Origin: an uncultured delta proteobacterium
Lineage (GTDB): Bacteria; Desulfobacterota; Binatia; UBA9968
Assembly: GCA_963737905.1 (NCBI GenBank)
Contig: CAVTUQ010000037.1
Coordinates: 128,001-192,000 of the forward strand
Direction of reading: 5' to 3'
DNA: 64,000 nucleotides
Made by a program: the position numbers and the translations under genes. Below the pieces are notes generated by a model. The model made no database searches, was not told where the DNA came from, and was given only the letters and a program-made list of their open reading frames with translations. How positions within the stretch are numbered: position 1 is the stretch's first letter; each line of letters starts with the position of its first letter. Positions 60,165-64,000 of this stretch are shown piece after piece.

Positions 60165-61277
60165 TTTCGCTAGATTCAGAATTTGACTCAGGCGCAGGTG
60201 AATGCGCCGGACCCGTTCCACCTGCCCCTTGGCGGGGAAGCGCTCGTAAAAACCTTCAGCGCGAAACTCTTTAGCCAATTCCGTCCACGGCCGCATGGCT
60301 CCAACAAAGGCGCGGGGCTCGCGACTCTCCTCCCAGACTTGAATGAGTTTGCGGTTCCGGATCAAATCGCCCAATACCCGCAAGAGCGCTTTCAAGGTCA
60401 CGTCCCGGGTGAACATATACCTCTCGTTATCGCCCCAGACGGAATTCATCACTTCCCGCACGGCCTTTAAATAATCCCGAATCAAGGCATAAGCGCGGTC
60501 GGCACGAAGCTGGAACCGTTCGTCAAAGAATCTACGGTTCGCCAGCACGACTTTGTGGATCTCGTTGAAAAGTTCGGATTGGAGAATCCACTTTTCCTGT
60601 CGACTCCGTCCGCCCAGCCGGTTGATGCGATAGCGCAGCGGGGAGTCGGTTTCCTCGTACAGCAAATTGACAACCTTCGCAGCGAACTTTTTCTCCGGCG
60701 TTTCCCAGGACACTCGCTCGTAGAGATCTACCAGATGCGATTTGTTGATCCGGGTATGGGTCGAGTTGATGATGACGAACATCTCCGTGGCGAAATCGGC
60801 ACTTTTGCCGTCGAAGACTACGCATGGAACCTCTACTTGCTCGGCCATCTCCGGATGTTTCTGGCGAAAGAAATGGAGCGCCGCCAACCGATGTTGGCCG
60901 TCGATGACCAGAAACTTGCCGTCCGGCTCGCTTAAAAAACCGATGCTGTCGGAGGCATCTGAGCGGCGAAAACGCAAAGTCTCATCGGTAAACAGAAGAA
61001 CCGTACCCGGAATCAAAGGCTGGCTTACCGCCGTCTCATAGAAGTTAACGATTTGACGGATTTTTCTTCGGTTAAGGATGCGCTGGAACGATTTTTCGCT
61101 CTTTTCGATACCGGCAATGAATCGTGCGACTTCGTCTTCGCCCGGCTCGTCCGCTTCGATCTGTTCTCCTTCAAAATAGTAGCGGCTGGTGAAGCTGACT
61201 CGATCTAAAAGATCTGCGGCTTTGTAGGCGATAAAATAAAACGTTCCATCCTTTTGTACGACACGCGTCGCCAGCAT
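60159..61277 (-). CDS. DGQHR domain protein (DndB/ParB-like superfamily)
   Basis: FQRILN, VIDGQHRLAAL, MFVIINS. Confidence 0.88.
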   Translation of the reverse strand: MLATRVVQKDGTFYFIAYKAADLLDRVSFTSRYYFEGEQIEADEPGEDEVARFIAGIEKSEKSFQRILNRRKIRQIVNFYETAVSQPLIPGTVLLFTDETLRFRRSDASDSIGFLSEPDGKFLVIDGQHRLAALHFFRQKHPEMAEQVEVPCVVFDGKSADFATEMFVIINSTHTRINKSHLVDLYERVSWETPEKKFAAKVVNLLYEETDSPLRYRINRLGGRSRQEKWILQSELFNEIHKVVLANRRFFDERFQLRADRAYALIRDYLKAVREVMNSVWGDNERYMFTRDVTLKALLRVLGDLIRNRKLIQVWEESREPRAFVGAMRPWTELAKEFRAEGFYERFPAKGQVERVRRIHLRLSQILNLAKY

Positions 61278-61569
61278 AGACTACCCTCCCTCTGGGCGAT
61301 TATAAATCCCTCGCTTGGCCTTTTGCCACTAAAAAGAACCCGCAGCGACCGCAAACAAAACCCTTTAGCATTCACCCCTTGAGAGAAAATAAGTTGGGCT
61401 CGAGCCGGACCAAGTGACGGCGGCTCCAAACGAGCAAACCGGGCGAGCCATGACCCCTATTGGACTAAAGTCCAATAGGCACATGGACCTCTTTCAGGCT
61501 ATTTTCATCCCCAAAAGCGACACACGAGAAATTCACATCTGTTTGTGGTATCTTTACTTGGATATCCCG

Positions 61570-64000
61570 ATGGCCAGCAAACCGGTTTCTTTCGATCTGA
61601 CGCAGGCGCTTTCATTTGCCTCCCGTCTTTTTTCTTTTGTCAACAAGAAGCGACTCCAATTCTGGCTCTGGCTGGTCCTGATTGTCTTGATTTTGGTTGC
61701 TTGCGCTTACATCGAGTTTCAAACCTCGCTCCTACAATCGTGGTTCTTTACTCGCACCAATGAGCAACTTTCCTATCAATTAACAAAGGGGCGTAGTGAC
61801 GCCATCGCCTTTCCGCGCTCTGCTCCTTTTGATGACCGTAGGGGCTATTCAAAGCTACCCGGCTTTCAGTCCCGCCTTGAGGCCCAGGGATATCAGGTTA
61901 CACAGCAGGCGCGACAATCGGAGCAGATGGTGAAGCTTATTAAGCGGGGAATCTCACCCCCCTACGTGGAACCGCCAGAAACCGGTCTCGATATCCGTGG
62001 CGCTGACGGCTTGTCTCTTTTTCGCCATGCTCAATCAGAGTTTTTGTTCGCCAAGATGGACGACATTCCTCCCTTGCTGGTGAAAACGCTCCTTTTCCTC
62101 GAAAACCGGGATCTCGACCACCCTGCTTCCCCATGGCAGAATCCCGCCATCGAGTGGGACCGTCTATTCAAGGCCGCAGTGTTCTATATCGCTTCCAAAC
62201 TTTACATCGAAGTGCCGGTACAGGGTGGCAGCACTCTCGCGGTACAATTGGAGAAGTTTCGCCATTCGCCCAAAGGGCGCACAGAATCACCCGTTGAAAA
62301 ATACCGCCAGCTTGTTGGCGCAAGCCTGAAGGCCTACCGCGAAGGGTGGAATACTCGCGCGTGGAGAGAACGGATCGTTGTCGATTATTTCAATACCGTT
62401 CCGCTGGCGGCGGCGCCGAGCTACGGCGAAATTCACGGCCTGGGCGAGGGACTCTTCGCTTGGTTCGGCATGCAGTTGACCGACGTTGTCAGCGCGCTGA
62501 AGGCTCCCGGACTGACTCCCGCTAAAGTGCGTGCTTTCAAGCATTCCCTGGCATTGCTTATTTCAGTACGCGCGCCATCCGTTTTCCTGGTGGATGAGCG
62601 AGCTTCGCTGGAAGAAAAGGTAGACCAGTTTACCCGGTTGATGGCGCGATCGGGAATCATCGATGGGGATTTCGCCGCCGCATTGCAGGAGACCCCGATC
62701 AAGTTCATCCCCGCAGCACCGCTGCCGCCTCAACCTTCCTCGGGCAAAAACAAGGCGGCTAACGCCATTCGCACGACCATGATGGAGTCCCTGGGTACCA
62801 ATAATGTTTACGATCTGAATCGTTTCCATTTGGAGGTTCAGAGCACCATCGATGTCCCGTTGCAGAAAGCGATAACCGATTTCCTCCACAGTTTGGCGAA
62901 TCCGGAAGTGATCAAAGCCCGGGGATTGAACGGCGAGCGACTTCTCGAGAACGCCGATCCTAAAAAAGTAATTTATTCTTTCCTATTGGTGGAGCCCACT
63001 CCGGAAGGAAACCTCGTACGGGTACAGGCGGACAATCTTGCCGCGCCGTTTGATTTCAATAAGAGCGTCAAACTGGAACTCGGCAGTACCGCCAAGCTGC
63101 GCACACTCACGCACTATCTTGAACTCATCGCGCGCGCTGCACAAAGAGCTTGCGACCTTGGATGCCGACGGTCTGAAGACGAAAGCTCAGCAAGCGCGCG
63201 ATCCACTGACCAAGTGGGCTGTTGAGACTTTGCAGAAGGAAAAGAACCTCACTCTGGAAGCCTTTCTCGATCTCGCCATGGAGCGCAAATACTCGGCCAG
63301 CCCCTGGGAAACTTTTTTCACCGGCGGCGGCATTCACCATTTCGAAAACTTCGAACCCGAAGATAACAAGCGCAACCTTGAGCTGCGGGATGCGTTCCGC
63401 AACTCAACGAATCTCGTATTCATCCGTTTGATGCGCGACATCGTGAGCTATCATCGCGCGCGCTTGCAGTACAACTCCGATGCCGTCCTTTCCGATCCGA
63501 CAAACCCGGACCGTAAACGCATGCTTCAGGAGATCGCCGAAGAAGAATCCCGCACTGTTATTGCGTCGAGCCTATCAAGCCTATCACGGGCAGACCGAAC
63601 AACAGATCATTGCTCGATTGCTGGAGACGAAAAAGAACGCAGAGCGGCGACTGGCTATCCTCTTTTTCGCCTGGCGAATCGGCACTGATGAGCAAGCATT
63701 GGCGGCTTGGCTGGAACAGAACCAGATAAAAATTAAGGAACAAGACTTATCCAAGTTGTTCCGCGCTTACCAAAACCCCCGTTTGACCCTGGTGGACTAT
63801 GCTTATCTTCTTTCGCTCCACCCGCTGGATCTCTGGTGTGCCAGCGAATATCGGAGAAATCCCGAGCTGTCATGGGAGAAACTCGTCGCCGACAGCAGCG
63901 ATGCCCGGCGCCAGGGTTCTGCATGGCTCCTCAACCCGCACAACCGAAGGGCCCAGGACCTCCGCCTGCGTATCATCATGGAGAAGGATGCCTTTACCCG
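61570..64000 (+). CDS. Transglycosylase (GT51)/PBP-like protein, frameshifted near 63130 and 63560, runs off the window
   Basis: TM anchor, LLFLENRD, QGGSTLAVQLEK and ELGSTAKL (SxxK). Confidence 0.78.

Overview
Chromosomal window from a moderately GC-rich bacterium. Gene style and paralog expansions suggest a Deltaproteobacteria-like/Candidatus Binatia genome, which is inference only. Housekeeping blocks are folE-pepA-trxA, mreBCD-mrdA-rodA, ppiD, lipBA, glgP, an MltD-like lytic transglycosylase and a GT51 PBP. Catabolic blocks are a lactate-type TRAP transporter divergent from glcD-F-E, a tartronate-semialdehyde reductase-like gene, and amidohydrolases with orphan NitT/TauT binding proteins. 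One complete IS630 sits in the stop codon of a stand-alone DGQHR gene. Three features stand out. (1) A ~12 kb sigma54-type signalling locus (5.4-17.1 kb) has six tandem orphan PF04392-type binding-protein genes or relics, no permease or ATPase, and heptamer-repeat junctions; they are interleaved with a Cache/HAMP/GAF kinase, a single-domain receiver, a REC-class III cyclase and an NtrC-type activator. (2) An OsmC-like gene has an in-frame UGA followed by a SECIS-like hairpin (predicted selenoprotein). (3) A self-contained, structured ~290 nt transcript encodes a 16-aa poly-lysine peptide. About a dozen frameshifts in ordinary genes suggest sequencing or assembly indels. No rRNA, tRNA or CRISPR array was seen.
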